Positions 13,693 to 26,546 of a stretch of DNA of 64,000 bases are shown in pieces. Each line of letters begins with the position of its first letter. Position 1 is the first letter of the stretch. The DNA comes from Octopus bimaculoides (lineage: Eukaryota), in assembly GCF_001194135.2 (NCBI RefSeq), contig NC_068983.1:121155319-121219318 (forward strand). The letters are read 5' to 3'. The position numbers and the translations under genes are program-made. The notes beneath the pieces are model-generated. The model saw only the letters and a list, made by a program, of their open reading frames with translations, did not search any database and was not told the DNA's origin.

Positions 13693-14030
13693 CTCACTGC
13701 TTTAGCCTTGCATTGATATTAAGCCTCCTCACCTTTTCTTCATTACTTTCTCTATCATTTACTATTTCTTCTATGTCAATATACCGCCCTGCTATTACTT
13801 TGTCTCCCACCATGCCACCTGTGTAACAAGGGATGACATCACATTGGATCTGTCTATATTCAGTACCCCTCTCTATTCCACTGACTCTTCTTTATTGCCA
13901 GCCATCACTCTCTTTCACTCTCATTACTCCCCCCATCACACATTATTGATATACATCGCTCCCACTCTCACCCATCCTTTTTGTCATCTATCACTCTCTC
14001 TTATGTTACTCCCTCCTCTAATATCACTTG

Positions 14031-14064
<34 letters not shown>

Positions 14065-15109
14065 ACTGAAGTTATTGAAACTCAGTTGTTATATTCCCAT
14101 TGGAGGATGTACACAGTGGAATGAAGCTGAGGTGGCAGGGACAATTGCCAAATCAATTCATTGGAATTATTGATCTCTGTGAATGGAACAGTGAAGGTTA
14201 AAATTTTTAAATGCATTTAAATACTCACACTCTCCAGTCCAGTCACATTGTTCAGTAATTTAGAATAAATTCAATAACTTCCCCTTTAATTAGATATGGC
14301 ATCTGTGTCTCTTAGTTGAATTATGACCAGATTATTACATCTTAGACAAGTGATTACGGCATCATTACACATATCTATGTTTGAGATGCTTCATAAGAGT
14401 TATTGCTACATTATAACATAATAAACAACCTTTGTGATTCAGCATAATTTTCGTTATTGTGAATTAAACATCCAGCTTTCCATGTTGTGTAGGGAAAATT
14501 GTATCATTACCCTTTCCACTCCAACATCATTTCTTGTGATTCTAAAATCTGATGGAACTACCTCCAGCTAAGACACCTTTGATATAGCTTTCTCACAGTT
14601 CATAATAGATGTTGCATCTCACAATGTTTTGTTTGCTAAAAGGGGAGTGGCAAGCTGGGTGTCTTTGTCGTGACACCAGTTCTAAAAAGAATTGTTTCCA
14701 CAAACTGGGTTAGGGAGTTGCTTCTGTGACCACGTCATCATCATCATCGTCATCGTTGTTGTTGTCATCAACATCATTATCATCATTATCAGAATCTATT
14801 GAGATATTAACTTTTTTCTTTTTTTTATCTTGCAAATTACAATAATATGCAACTAATTATTTCAGTTTTATTTTCTCTAAAAAGAAATTTTTCACTGTGT
14901 AGTGTGTGCATGCGTACGAATGATTTTGTACATTTATGTACAAGTGTTGGGGATGGGAGAGTGAGATACAAGTTTCCTCTCATCAATAGCTTCTCGCTTT
15001 TTGTCAATTAACATTCATGGAATTGCTGATACAACAAAAGGCCCTATGAAGAAGGCTTTCGTTTTTTTCAATTTCAAAGGCAACTTCACCTGAACATACT
15101 TTTACAATT

Positions 15110-15530
15110 ATTTCTTTGTTATTATTATTATTATTATTATTATCATCATCATTATTATTATTATCATTATTATTATTATTATTAACAACAACGTTATTGT
15201 TGTTGTTGTGATGATGATCATCATCATCACCATTTACAACAAGCATCACTGCAGTGAGCAGCGCGTGACAGATGAATTCTGGCTTTAGTTATTCTACATT
15301 TGCCAGAAATTGGAAAAACTGTTGTTTTCCTTGGTAACTCAGTGTTATGATTATGATTATGAAGCTTACTATAGTTACCATTGCAAAGAAACATTTTGTT
15401 GAAGAAGGGATTGTGTTGGTGATTGCAAAAGTGGTGATAATTTTCCAATAACATCTTATAAAAAAGCCAAGAGTAATTGTGTGTGTGTGTGTTTGTGTAT
15501 ACACACCTACACCTATAATAGAGAATTGAG

Positions 15531-15600
<70 letters not shown>

Positions 15601-15611
15601 TACATATAAAC

Positions 15612-15671
<60 letters not shown>
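15110..15671. repeat. Microsatellite cluster: (ATT/ATC/GTT)n at ~15110-15235, (TAGA)n 15531-15600, (TA)n 15615-15671
   Basis: Directly visible simple repeats. Confidence 0.95.
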
Positions 15672-15674
<3 letters not shown>

Positions 15675-16074
15675 TAAGCAAAGCATAGCCATCATTTGAA
15701 AGAGTGCATGATTTGGTAACATATATGATGCATTTGCTAATTGGTTTAGGTGCCTATGTCATCTCAAGCTGACATTGAAACTCTCCTGGTCCTCCCACCC
15801 TTGACCTAGTAGAAGATCCAATATGTGACAGCCAACCAGAGGAAGAAAGAGCTGTACCAGCACTAGACTGGTATTTATTTTCACTGAGTAGGTTCAAACA
15901 ACATGAAACAAGCTGCCTTGCTCAAGACAATCTTCTAATCAAGTAGCAGAGACCTCACATTGACATGATATGATTTTAACAATAGCAAAAGGCTTTATGT
16001 AATTCAAGGATGAAGCAGATCATTCTCAAGGCTACTATCACATAATGCTCACGCATGGCACAAGTGCATAACTG

Positions 16075-16510
16075 ACGCATATGTGCTTGTGCTATGTAAA
16101 AAGCACTAAGTCCACTCTACTGGGTGGTTGGTATTAGGAAGGGCATCCAGCTGTAAAAGTCCTGCCAAAACAGTCGCGGGAGTCTGATGCAGGCTTCTGT
16201 TTGGCCGGCTCCAGTCAAACTGTCCCACCCATGCCAGCATGGAAGATGGACGTTAAACAATGATAATGATGATATATGTATGTTGTATGTATATATATGT
16301 ATATATCTATATGTATGTGTCTGTGTTTGTCCCCCCATCATTGCTTGAAAACTGGTGTTAATGTGTTTACATCCCCATAACTTAGCTGTTCACCAAAAGA
16401 GACCAATAGAATAAGAACTAGGCTTTAAAAAATAAGTCCTGGGGTTGATTCATTCAATTAAAAGTCAGTGCTCCAGCGTAGTCGCTGTCAAATAACAAAC
16501 AAATAAAAGA
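16075..16510 (+). mobile_element. (GAT)n-tailed element fused to the 3' half of SINE family 2
   Basis: The RTE-type tail ends at ~16272 (gttaaacaatgataatgatg), followed by a TA/TG tract and tgtgtctgtgtttgtcccccc...gaataag...aataagtcctggggttgatt...gtgctccagc. Confidence 0.7.
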
Positions 16511-17014
16511 ATATTCAATTTTCTACATATAATTTACCCGTAAACACAATCTGACACTTTTAACTATTTTTGTATTAGTAGAGATCTTATCTAAACTTTA
16601 ATTAAACTCTCTTTCTGACAGGCATTATGAAAAGGCATGAATTACCTGCAACATATAAAATATTTATTATTGCACTTATATATTAATTTTTCATAGATGT
16701 GGGCATCCTTTGAATGAGTTGCAGCTATTCAGGCACATGTGTTTCATAGAACAAATTTTAATTTGTCCAAAAATAAGAAAATTACATTTGAACGAGCTCG
16801 TTAAAATATTTAATGTCAATTAAAATTTTTAGAGCTGTTACTTTTATTCGTGAGATACAAAAGTAATGGAATTGAGTAAACAAGTTTATTTCACAGATAA
16901 AGTAAATAAACAAAACAGATAAAGTTTTAATACCTTCAAACTATGTACATATACATATTCATATATCTTTTCTCTCTCTCTCTCCATATATATATATATA
17001 TATATATATATATG

Positions 17015-17208
17015 GGAGAATGTACGAAAAAACAACAACAGACGAGGACAGGTGGTGTAAACAACAAAAGGATATATTAGTATGACGCTCGGGAATACGG
17101 AAAGTCTTTAACGTTTCGAGCTACGCTCTTCAACAGAAAGAATACGGAGACAAGGAGAAAAACACGGAGAAAAAAAATTGAATAGTGTTCAGTCAACGGT
17201 CAATCATA
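17015..17208 (-). mobile_element. (TA)n-associated, probably Penelope-derived repeat carrying a hammerhead-like motif
   Basis: Follows (TA)n at ~16987-17013; the same family occurs at 465-590 and 57991-58050; CpG-rich, so little decayed; truncated by the 17209-18004 gap. Confidence 0.65.
17105..17141 (-). ncRNA. Minimal type I hammerhead-ribozyme-like motif with non-canonical A6U core
   Basis: Minus strand: TCTTT | CTGTTGA | A | GAGC-GTA-GCTC | GAA-ACGT-T | AAAGA. This gives a 5-bp stem I, core CUGUUGA (canonical CUGANGA), a 4-bp stem II, GAAA, a palindromic ACGU stem III and a GUU cleavage triplet. Confidence 0.5.
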
Positions 17209-18299
17209 NNNNNNNNNNNNNNNNNNNNNNNNNNNNNNNNNNNNNNNNNNNNNNNNNNNNNNNNNNNNNNNNNNNNNNNNNNNNNNNNNNNNNNNNNNNN
17301 NNNNNNNNNNNNNNNNNNNNNNNNNNNNNNNNNNNNNNNNNNNNNNNNNNNNNNNNNNNNNNNNNNNNNNNNNNNNNNNNNNNNNNNNNNNNNNNNNNNN
17401 NNNNNNNNNNNNNNNNNNNNNNNNNNNNNNNNNNNNNNNNNNNNNNNNNNNNNNNNNNNNNNNNNNNNNNNNNNNNNNNNNNNNNNNNNNNNNNNNNNNN
17501 NNNNNNNNNNNNNNNNNNNNNNNNNNNNNNNNNNNNNNNNNNNNNNNNNNNNNNNNNNNNNNNNNNNNNNNNNNNNNNNNNNNNNNNNNNNNNNNNNNNN
17601 NNNNNNNNNNNNNNNNNNNNNNNNNNNNNNNNNNNNNNNNNNNNNNNNNNNNNNNNNNNNNNNNNNNNNNNNNNNNNNNNNNNNNNNNNNNNNNNNNNNN
17701 NNNNNNNNNNNNNNNNNNNNNNNNNNNNNNNNNNNNNNNNNNNNNNNNNNNNNNNNNNNNNNNNNNNNNNNNNNNNNNNNNNNNNNNNNNNNNNNNNNNN
17801 NNNNNNNNNNNNNNNNNNNNNNNNNNNNNNNNNNNNNNNNNNNNNNNNNNNNNNNNNNNNNNNNNNNNNNNNNNNNNNNNNNNNNNNNNNNNNNNNNNNN
17901 NNNNNNNNNNNNNNNNNNNNNNNNNNNNNNNNNNNNNNNNNNNNNNNNNNNNNNNNNNNNNNNNNNNNNNNNNNNNNNNNNNNNNNNNNNNNNNNNNNNN
18001 NNNNATATATATATATATATATATATATAAATCGATGTGTGTATTTTCCCCTTGTTTACAATTAACACAGAAAGAATAAATAAACAGTTACCAGGGCAGC
18101 AAAAAGTCACACAAGTAATAAGGACGTAACACCCTGTTTGTAAAAGTAGAAACTCTTCAAATTCACTCCACACTTTTTAAATGAATGTTTTGTTGTTTCC
18201 ATATTTTGTAATTTGTGTATAAATGATGCCAAGCCTGTTGTGTAGATAAATACCATTTGTTGTTGTGCATGGCTGAAATCTGCATTGTTGGTATCATTG

Positions 18300-19560
18300 T
18301 CAAATGTCTTTTTAAATGAGAACTTCTTTGTAAACAACATCTTTTGTGAAGTGTTTGTTGTTTGGTATTTATACGTTCAATCCCAGAAACCCTGTGGATA
18401 CTCATTATCCATGTGTGAATATGGGATTTGGTAAATATAAAGCGAGTTTTGTTTGTTCTTGTCATTTATTAATTATCATTTCCATTGCTAATTTAATAAG
18501 AAACTGTTGTCTAATTAATGTAAATGGTAACTCTTCACTTACTGAAATATAAATATAGTTTTCCTGCAATGTTGACCTTCATTTATAACTTTTACCATGA
18601 TGACTTTTTTCTTGAATGTCTTGGATTACTAAACCTGTACCGTTACAAATGCCATTAGCTTGGACAATTCTACATAAGAGTATAATTATTGCATTAGTCT
18701 TTAATTTTAATGTGATGATAAGCCTGAAATATTTAGCATATTTAAGTGCTCTGTAGTGAATTCTGAAAGGTCATCCTGATGCAAGCATTGATCATGATTA
18801 AAGAGAACTTTTTCATCTCATGGAAACAGTTTTAATATTTCCTCATTGATGAAATCAACATCAAAATTTTTGGGTACTAAAAGAATTTTTGAAAATTTTT
18901 TCTTGCTCTGCAATGCATTCCCATATGACATTTCTATTGAAAGCCTAAGAATTGATGGTTTTGAAGTAATGAACACTGTTACATCCCCACCATTTGCTTC
19001 TTTTATTACAGACACATTTCCCACATGACGTATAATGTTGTTGAACTGAATTTGGCTGTTTTGATCATCAGAATTATGTACATATGATTTTAATCACATA
19101 TTTTCTGTATATTATATTTCTTTTTACATGTTTCCATAAAGATGATTTATTAAAGCTGTTGTCTATCTGTGGTCTGCTTCCATATTTAATGACAGCTAAT
19201 ATTTGTCAAAAATCCCCACCAAAAGTTATTACTTTTCTGCTAATTAGAAGTTCAAACCTGGGATCAACTGTTTTCATAAGATCTTTTAATGTTCTATGCA
19301 ATTCCTCTTGGAGGAAACAGTGAGACATGTGGGTAATTCATCCCAAATTATAACATCAGCCTGACAGATGTAAGTTGCTTTGTCACTCTGTAAGGGTATT
19401 TGGTGACATGTTGAATTTAATTGGCTGTGCTTGTAGATTTAGAAGTTCTGCATAATCAAACCTATCATTATGTTTTGATCTTTTTTTGTTTTAATATGAT
19501 AATGGCATAGTCCATCCTTTTGAAATTTATAATCCACATGTACCCTGCAATCTCTCCCAA
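18300..19560 (-). mobile_element. Helitron PIF1-like helicase remnant (pseudogenised)
   Basis: Minus strand gives, in the expected order: VIIWDE (19333-19360), GGDF*QIL (19195-19220), ILLVPKNFDVDFINEEIL (18830-18890), EHLNMLNISGL, NGICNGT (18633-18659), LPFTLIRQQF (18498-18531), MIINK*QEQ, LPNPIFTHG (18409-18434). These match the Helitron helicase motifs IIWDE, GGDFRQ, TPRNxDV, GLCNGT, LPFxLxRRQFP, MTINKSQGQT, PVFxHGQ. Confidence 0.85.
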
Positions 19561-20149
19561 AATGTTCTTCTCCAATGTGTCATGTAAGAGATCCCAAAGT
19601 AGTCATTGCTACGCACACACACACACACCTCACCAAGCATCATGCATTTGTCGTGAGGAATGATTAAAGAGTTTTGACAGTCAGATTCATTCTATAAAAA
19701 TTTCTATCTAATAGCAATGTATGTATGTTATTTTATTACTTACGTTGAAAAGAAAAATACCAAAAGTAGAGTTTACCTTTGATAAAAACAATGAAATATT
19801 AATTTAGAACAACGCTTGGCAAGATATGCAACATGAAGCATGCTTGAACATCAACAGTGGAAAAAGTAAATAAAGCTATAATGCAATTATGTTAAATGAA
19901 TGTGCATTTATACAGCAATGTAACATTACTGCCTAAATACTGCCAATAAATTTGTGTGTGTGTACACACACACATACACTTTGATGGATTTTCAACACAG
20001 TTAGTATTCATTACTAAACACAATACTGTTATCCTCTCTATGTTTATATGTAGTAAAATATCCAACCAGGGCCCAGTATAAAAGAGGTTATTGCACACGT
20101 GTTCCTAAAAGTCCATAGTAAATGTGTTTCTTTAAAATTATAGTGATAA

Positions 20150-20191
<42 letters not shown>

Positions 20192-20242
20192 GTGTAGTGT
20201 TAATTGTCAGAAAAAAAAGTCTTCAATACCATAGTAGAGATT

Positions 20243-20288
20243 AATAATAATAATAATAATAAGAAGAAGAAGAAGAAGAAGAAGAATA

Positions 20289-20325
<37 letters not shown>
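20243..20325. repeat. Compound (AAT)n-(GAA)n-(AAT)n microsatellite
   Basis: Directly visible. Confidence 0.95.
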
Positions 20326-20328
<3 letters not shown>

Positions 20329-20799
20329 TAGTTTATTGCTTCATTTACTTTTCATGCTGCTATTTATTCATTAATTTGTTGTCAAAAGTGGTTGTGTGGA
20401 TGGATTTCTTTGTCTTTTTTTTCACCTTCATTGGACCTGTCTCTGCTTCACTTTCATAGTGATGAAGCACATTGTCTGTATATGAATTATCAGGACACTG
20501 AGTTGGTCTGGTTGTTTTATTTCTGCATACCAGATGATAGCCTTTGGGTTCAGTTTCACTTGTGCTTTATGATTTCTTTCCTTCATCACCCTTCTTCATA
20601 AAATTGTTTTAATGAAGTTTCAGGGTATGCACACACACATGCATGCACACACACACACGTGCATGTGTGCACGTGTGTGTGTGCATATATATATATGTGC
20701 ATGTATTTACCTTCATCAAAACACCTGCCCTCCTTTCATATCCCTTAGTACTATACCCCATCCAGTTGAGGGACCTTGTCTCGCAGGTAATTTGTGACC

Positions 20800-20990
20800 T
20801 CACCATTGCAGATACATTTTATGGAGTGGTTGGCATATGAAGGGCATTCAGCTGTAGAAACCATGCCAAAACAGATGTATGGAGCTTGGTGCAGCCTTCT
20901 GGATCATCAGTTTTACATTGAACAGTTCAAACCATGTGAGAATGGGAAAAGGGACATTAAATAGTGATCATGATGGTGATGACAATGATA
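20800..20990 (+). mobile_element. Old diverged (GAT)n-tailed RTE-type 3' element
   Basis: ggagtggttggcatatgaagggcattcagctgtagaaaccatgccaaaacag...ggacattaaatagtgatcatgatggtgatg. Confidence 0.6.
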
Positions 20991-21884
20991 TATATGCACA
21001 TGTGTGTGTGTGTGCATATATGTATATTATACATGAAAATTTTCTGGCTTAATAGATAAAATGTTAATATGTATGATATAAGATGGTTTAAGTATTAATT
21101 TTAGATAAAGAACAAAACCATTGACAGGACAGAAACCATGTCTTATTGCTTTTCAAGTGACTTCCTTATTGAATACATTTATAATGTCTTCTGTCATTCA
21201 TATCAAAATGTTGGCTATCTATATATAGCATACTTGGCTTTAATTCATGTCATAAATATTAAATTGAAGTATACAGTATCTATGTTCAAGTGGGTGACAA
21301 TATTTGTGAAGCAAATGAAATACTTATGGACATAAAAGAGTTGATTATTTGTAACATTTATGTACTTAATTTGACAGGAGGAAATGCCAGCACTTTGTAG
21401 AGTAATAAGTAATACACTTGTCTGTAAATTACATAAAGTTTTAGCAAGAAAGAAAACAGAATCCTGTTACCATCGGAGAAATGGTCATGCTCTCAGCAAA
21501 CAGCCTTCATAGGTTTTCCACCTCAATAGATCTCATTCCGCAGTTACCATTGTATATGAAGTAAAGGTCAAATCCTTGGGCATAAGCTATGCACCACTTT
21601 GAAGTAGTATATTAGCATGACAGCAGAGCCTCTCAATAAAAGATTTCACAACTCTGTCTCTTTCTACATTGTCTATATTTCTCCAGAAACTAATTTTATT
21701 GAATTCATATCTTTGTTGTTTTTAAACACCCTTGCAGGAAGTTTTTGTCTGCTAATTGCTAGAATTATTTAAGTTGAACAAGCTTTTTCATTTCACTTTA
21801 TTAGATGCATGAGACCTTGCCATATTTGTGCTTGGTGTGTAAAGCTCTTCTTTGAGATCTTTTCCCTCAGCCTTATTAATGTTT

Positions 21885-22450
21885 ATAACTCCGATTGCGA
21901 AGACTTTTTGAGGCAAGTGAAATTGAAATCGAACTAAATTCGACGACTGGCACCCATGCCAACGTCGTCTCCTTCATTGGACACGAAACTCNNNNNNNNN
22001 NGACTGGCACCCATGCCAACGTCGTCTCCTTCATTGGACACGAAACTCAGCTTGCGAAGACTTATTGGGGCAAGCGAAAGTGAAATCGGGATGGCACCCG
22101 TGCCCAACGTCGCCTTTCTGGCACTTGTGCCCTTGACATGTGTAAGGATTTTCAAGCGAGATTGTTGCCAGTGCCCTTGGACTGGCTCTTGTGCGGGTGG
22201 CACATAAAATACACCATTTTGAGCATGGCCATTGCCAGTACCGCCTGACTGGCTCTCGTGAGGGTGACACGTAAAAGCACCCACTACATCTCTGAATGGT
22301 TGGCGTTAGGAAGGGCATCCAGCTGTAGAAACTCTGCCAAATCAGATTGGAGCCTGGTGTTGCCATCTGGTTTCACCAGTCCTCAGTCAAATCGTCCAAC
22401 CCATGCTAACATAGAAAGCGGATGTTAAACGACGATGATGATGATGATGA
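21885..22450 (+). mobile_element. Long 3' region of the (GAT)n-tailed RTE-type element with internal diverged tandem units
   Basis: Repeated units (t)tgcgaagact..t(g/t)(a/g)ggcaag(t/c)gaaa and cacgtaaaa(t/g)(a)cacc; ends gttaaacgacgatgatgatgatgatg at ~22450. A 47-bp exact duplicate across the 10-N gap (21992-22001) is likely artefactual. Confidence 0.8.
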
Positions 22451-23619
22451 ATTAATGTTACCATACTCCTTCTAATTTCCATGTGTGTATGTTGGTAACG
22501 CATACTCTTGCTAAATGAACAAAATATACTTCATTGAGGAGGTTTAATAAAATAAACATGTCCGTTGTTTTCACCGGTTGACTTTAAATAACTGATCCGT
22601 TCTAGTCTATATTGTCCTAAAATTTTTATCAACTAATTTTATTGAAACTATCTCTTATGTTTGTTATTTTTATATTTTAAATACTCTTAAAGGAATCTTT
22701 TGTCCAGTAATACTTGGATAATTTCTGTTGATCAAAGTCTTTTTACTTACTGTACAACGCTCGAATGTTTGCAAACTAATAGTTGTAATGCTTTAGTGAT
22801 TAACCTTTTGGAGAGGAAAGTTTGTGTGTATGCAGCACTGTTCCATGTAGGTGAGCATCACTTGAATATGGGTCTGAAGAATCTAGTCTTTAGGATGAGG
22901 GTATGGCTTTGTTGTATTTAATGTAGCCATGAGAAATTATTAGTGATCATGATGAACAGCATTTACAGTCTTAAGCTGTGTATTGTACATCACTAGAAAG
23001 ATTGTAGTAGGAGACTGTTTCCTCAGAGTTTGAGTAGTGTTTATGTGATCGTGATGAAGGTTTCTGTCCACAGAGGCCATGTTTGGCATGAGGTATATAA
23101 ATTATGAAGGTGTGATACCTATCTGACATTACAACACTCTTATTTATGATCACTGAGATGGCAGAAATATCAAAACAATGAAGTAAATTCTGTTCATTTA
23201 GCAAGAGTATGAATTATCAATACATACACACACACACACACACACACACATCAAAGCAATGAAATGCTAATGACTGTTTATATCACTATTGAAATGTTGG
23301 CAGGTAATAGGATCAAGTTTGTAAGGTTTAAAGGGTTGCTTTTTGGTGGTAAAAGGGTTCACTGTGACATGTTTGCATGTGTTGGTATAGATTCTTATAA
23401 AGAGAGGCAGACTGCAAAGTTTGGTGAATATAGGAACTAGCTCTGGAGTGCACTGTGTCAAAGTAGTGGAAGAGACACAGTGAGAACCAGTCACATGTGT
23501 GTGTGTGGGAATGAGATAGGTTGGATCGAGGTATTTGGAGAGCAAGAGAGAGAGAGAGAGAGAGTGTGTGTGTGTGTGTGTTTTGGAACACACACATTGT
23601 AATGGTTTTATCTCTAGAA

Positions 23620-23990
23620 GTGCAACAAGGAGTAGAAATTAGAAGTTTTCAATGAAGTTAGTGGAGGTCCTTTTGACAATGGAATTGAAGACCTCCTTGT
23701 AATTTGGAAGCTGAAGGAGCTTGAAAACTGCAGTGTATGAAAACATGTTTTACTTCATTGATGGTCATTTCATGGGCGTTGCCTGTGGTGGATAAACACC
23801 TCCCAGTTGGTTGGTCATGGCATCTTTTCCAAGCAATTGTAAACAGTATTCGATGCTTGTACGGTCACAGCACATCTATGGCTGAACCACTGTGGGCTAA
23901 GTGGGCTATGGGATTTGGTTGTGGGTAGGATGTGGAGGGGCACAGCTGCAAGGATGGTATCAGTTACCTGCTTGTCTACCTCCAAGCAAT
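23620..23990 (-). mobile_element. Degraded CR1/Jockey-type LINE ORF2 fragment (EN-RT linker)
   Basis: Minus strand: TDTILAAVP...QWFSHRCAVTV...NWEVF...K, resembling the PWFxxxCAxA...N...F..ARN linker; contains stops and frameshifts. Confidence 0.35.
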
Positions 23991-24884
23991 TGTAATTTAT
24001 TTTCTGTCAGCAGTATTGTAATACAAACACATGTATATAAACAGGCCTATTATTGAAGGTGTCTATATATACTTCCTCCTGAGCTAAATTACATTATACA
24101 CCTGTATCCTATCACAAAATGTTTATATATACACATTAATTAACCCTTCCATTCAATACCTGGTAGTCCTGTTAAGCCATTCACCATAACACACCTATTT
24201 CATTTCATGCATTGATACTTCTCACTTCCATTATTTCCTTTCAGCTTACATTGTCAATAGAAATTTCTTTCATTGAATTCAGCCACTATTTTCTAATATA
24301 ACTGAAAGAAAGCTTAATAATGTAAGGCTATATAGTTCTATTGATATTTTCTGCACAGTAGATCTATCTAACGAGGGTCTATAACACTTCAACTTTCTCT
24401 TCTCCATGCTCTCTCCTGAAATCATCCCTCACCCACTCCACATCTTTGTCTCTTTCCTTCTCACCATCTCTTTCTGTTGTTCTTTTTCTCTCTCTCTCAC
24501 TCCCCTTTATCTCTCGCACACAGACACAAGCATGAAAGCACAGTGTCTTTTTTATACTCATGAAGATCCATATCAGCTAAGGAGATATTGTGAATTTGTG
24601 ACTTGCATGCTTGCCCTCATATTTATTGGAAGCATAAAAGGAATACACCAAATTGAATATCCAATACCCCGTCTTCTCTCTCTCTCTCTCTCTCTCTCAT
24701 GCACACTTTAGCGGAGACAAAACCCAAATTTCAGAATTCCTCTAGCATCTTGCATTCAGTATGTCGGCTGATTAAACATGACATATTACATTTACATGAC
24801 CTCTGTGAATTCAACAAATCATAAAGGTGAAAATGTGGCCATTCATTAAACAACTGCAGTAGATTCCTTTAATACCTGTTTTTC

Positions 24885-25190
24885 CATGCTAACGTACACT
24901 GGTCAAAGGCATATTTGAAGCAGGGTCTCCAGTTTTTACTTGTTTTTCAGACTCTATGATGAGAACTACATCAGCATGTAGGAGCTCCCACAAGTGACTG
25001 GTCTTCAACTCAACAATTATGGCCTGAAGAACCAAGCTCTGATAATCACTTACTTTCACCCCAAATTCTTCACTGACCTGGTTGTCAACACTCACTTTGC
25101 TCACTGCTTTACTGTGTATGGCAAACACTGCTCTTGTCAGCCACTCTTCAATCTGGCCCACCAGGTTTATAGATTGAAAGATCTATACAT
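24885..25190 (-). mobile_element. RTE LINE reverse transcriptase fragment
   Basis: ORF 24889-25161: EEWLTRAVFAIHSKAVSKVSVDNQVSEEFGVKV...VLQAIIVELKTSHLWELLHADVVLIIES, matching RTE RT EEWLVRAVQxMY...SEEFxVxVG...WELLYADDL.LIAES with an internal deletion. Confidence 0.8.
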
Positions 25191-25725
25191 CAAGCTACCC
25201 TGTCAAAGGCCTCTAGATTAACAAAAGCTAGATATAGAGGTTTACTTATGGCTAGGAACTTCTCCTGCAGTTGTCTTACTGTGAAGAAACCACAAGTATT
25301 ACTCTACCCTAAGACAAACCCAAACTGCATTTCATTTTAGTAGAATCTCTCTCTAATCATTTGTACAGAAGGGGAAAAAAAGGAAGCTGCATATATAACA
25401 CATAACTTAGAAGCAGCATTATGGATGTGCCAGCACACACGAGATTGAGACATGGCTGTCCTCACGCACTTCTCATGAGGAATTCTGGAAGGAGCTTCGT
25501 GAAACCACTGCTGAGACACTTCCAGAAAAAAAAACAGAAAAGCCATTGGAAAACCAATTATAGCAGCAACTCCATCAATTCTTAGGGATATCTGAAGAAG
25601 GAATTTTTATTCCGAAATATCATATCAGACTATGGATGATTAAATTACAACAGTTATTATAGCCCATTGTTTGTATTATAGTGCATTGTTGTGTCATTCA
25701 AAACATTTTATTCTTTATAAATAAG

Positions 25726-25761
<36 letters not shown>

Positions 25762-26546
25762 ATGTGAGTGTATGTGCATCCCTGTGTTTACGTACATACA
25801 TATGTATATACTCAAGACTACAAATAAAGTTATAGCACTTGATATAAAACACTGCAATTTTGTGTTTCTTCTCCTAAGAAAATCTGAAGCATGAAGTCAA
25901 CTGTAAGAGCATCCCTGAGATCTGAGATATAATGGCAAGAAAAAAAAGAGTTTTCTTTTATGTGTAACCATTTCTTTTGAAGACTATAGGAATTCAGCTC
26001 TGCATTGAGATTATGAACTAGCATGGCCAATACAAAAAGACTGTTACATGTGGGAGTTGTATAGTTTGGTTGTTTTAGATCAATTTCTATCCATTTAAAA
26101 ATACATGGTAATGGAATCCGAATGGAAAGGATTCTCATAAAACTAAATGCTATTCAATTTTTTTTGGTAATGTTGGGTTGTTTTTTTTTTTATGCATTCA
26201 TTCAAAAAATAATTGCTTTTCCACTTCTCTGCAATAGTGGTGACAACATCAAAATCTATTCAGCATCTCTCTCTCTCTCTCTCTCTCACATTCATGTTCA
26301 TCATAGTCTTCACTTACTGCAAGTTTCTTGAAAATAAGCAGTTTCTACTAAAGCTACTATTTTCTTGATATTCTCCTTTTTTCATATAAGCCAATATTGT
26401 CAATTTACCCATTCAAAATCATCATCATCATCATCAGAAAGTAACAGCTTGTTGTCTTCATATTTTTCAAGTTTTCTTTTTTTTTTTGTCCACTTCTTTA
26501 TTTAATTGGACTGACTATAAACTCAATGACTCCTCTTGGATTTTTT

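Noticed and set aside
17178-18173. Long ORFs in the six-frame track (also near 26.5 kb, 34.6 kb, 37.5 kb and 57.7 kb)
   Set aside because: They are runs of X across N gaps or translations of microsatellites (YIYI, SLSL, ERER, HTHT), not genes.
20774-20792. Recursive-splice-like site ccttgtctcgcAG|GTAATT
   Set aside because: Short pyrimidine tract adjacent to a degraded retroposon; expected by chance in 37 kb.
21945-22048. 47-bp exact direct repeat
   Set aside because: Straddles a 10-N gap; likely artefact, although the host element has genuine diverged units.
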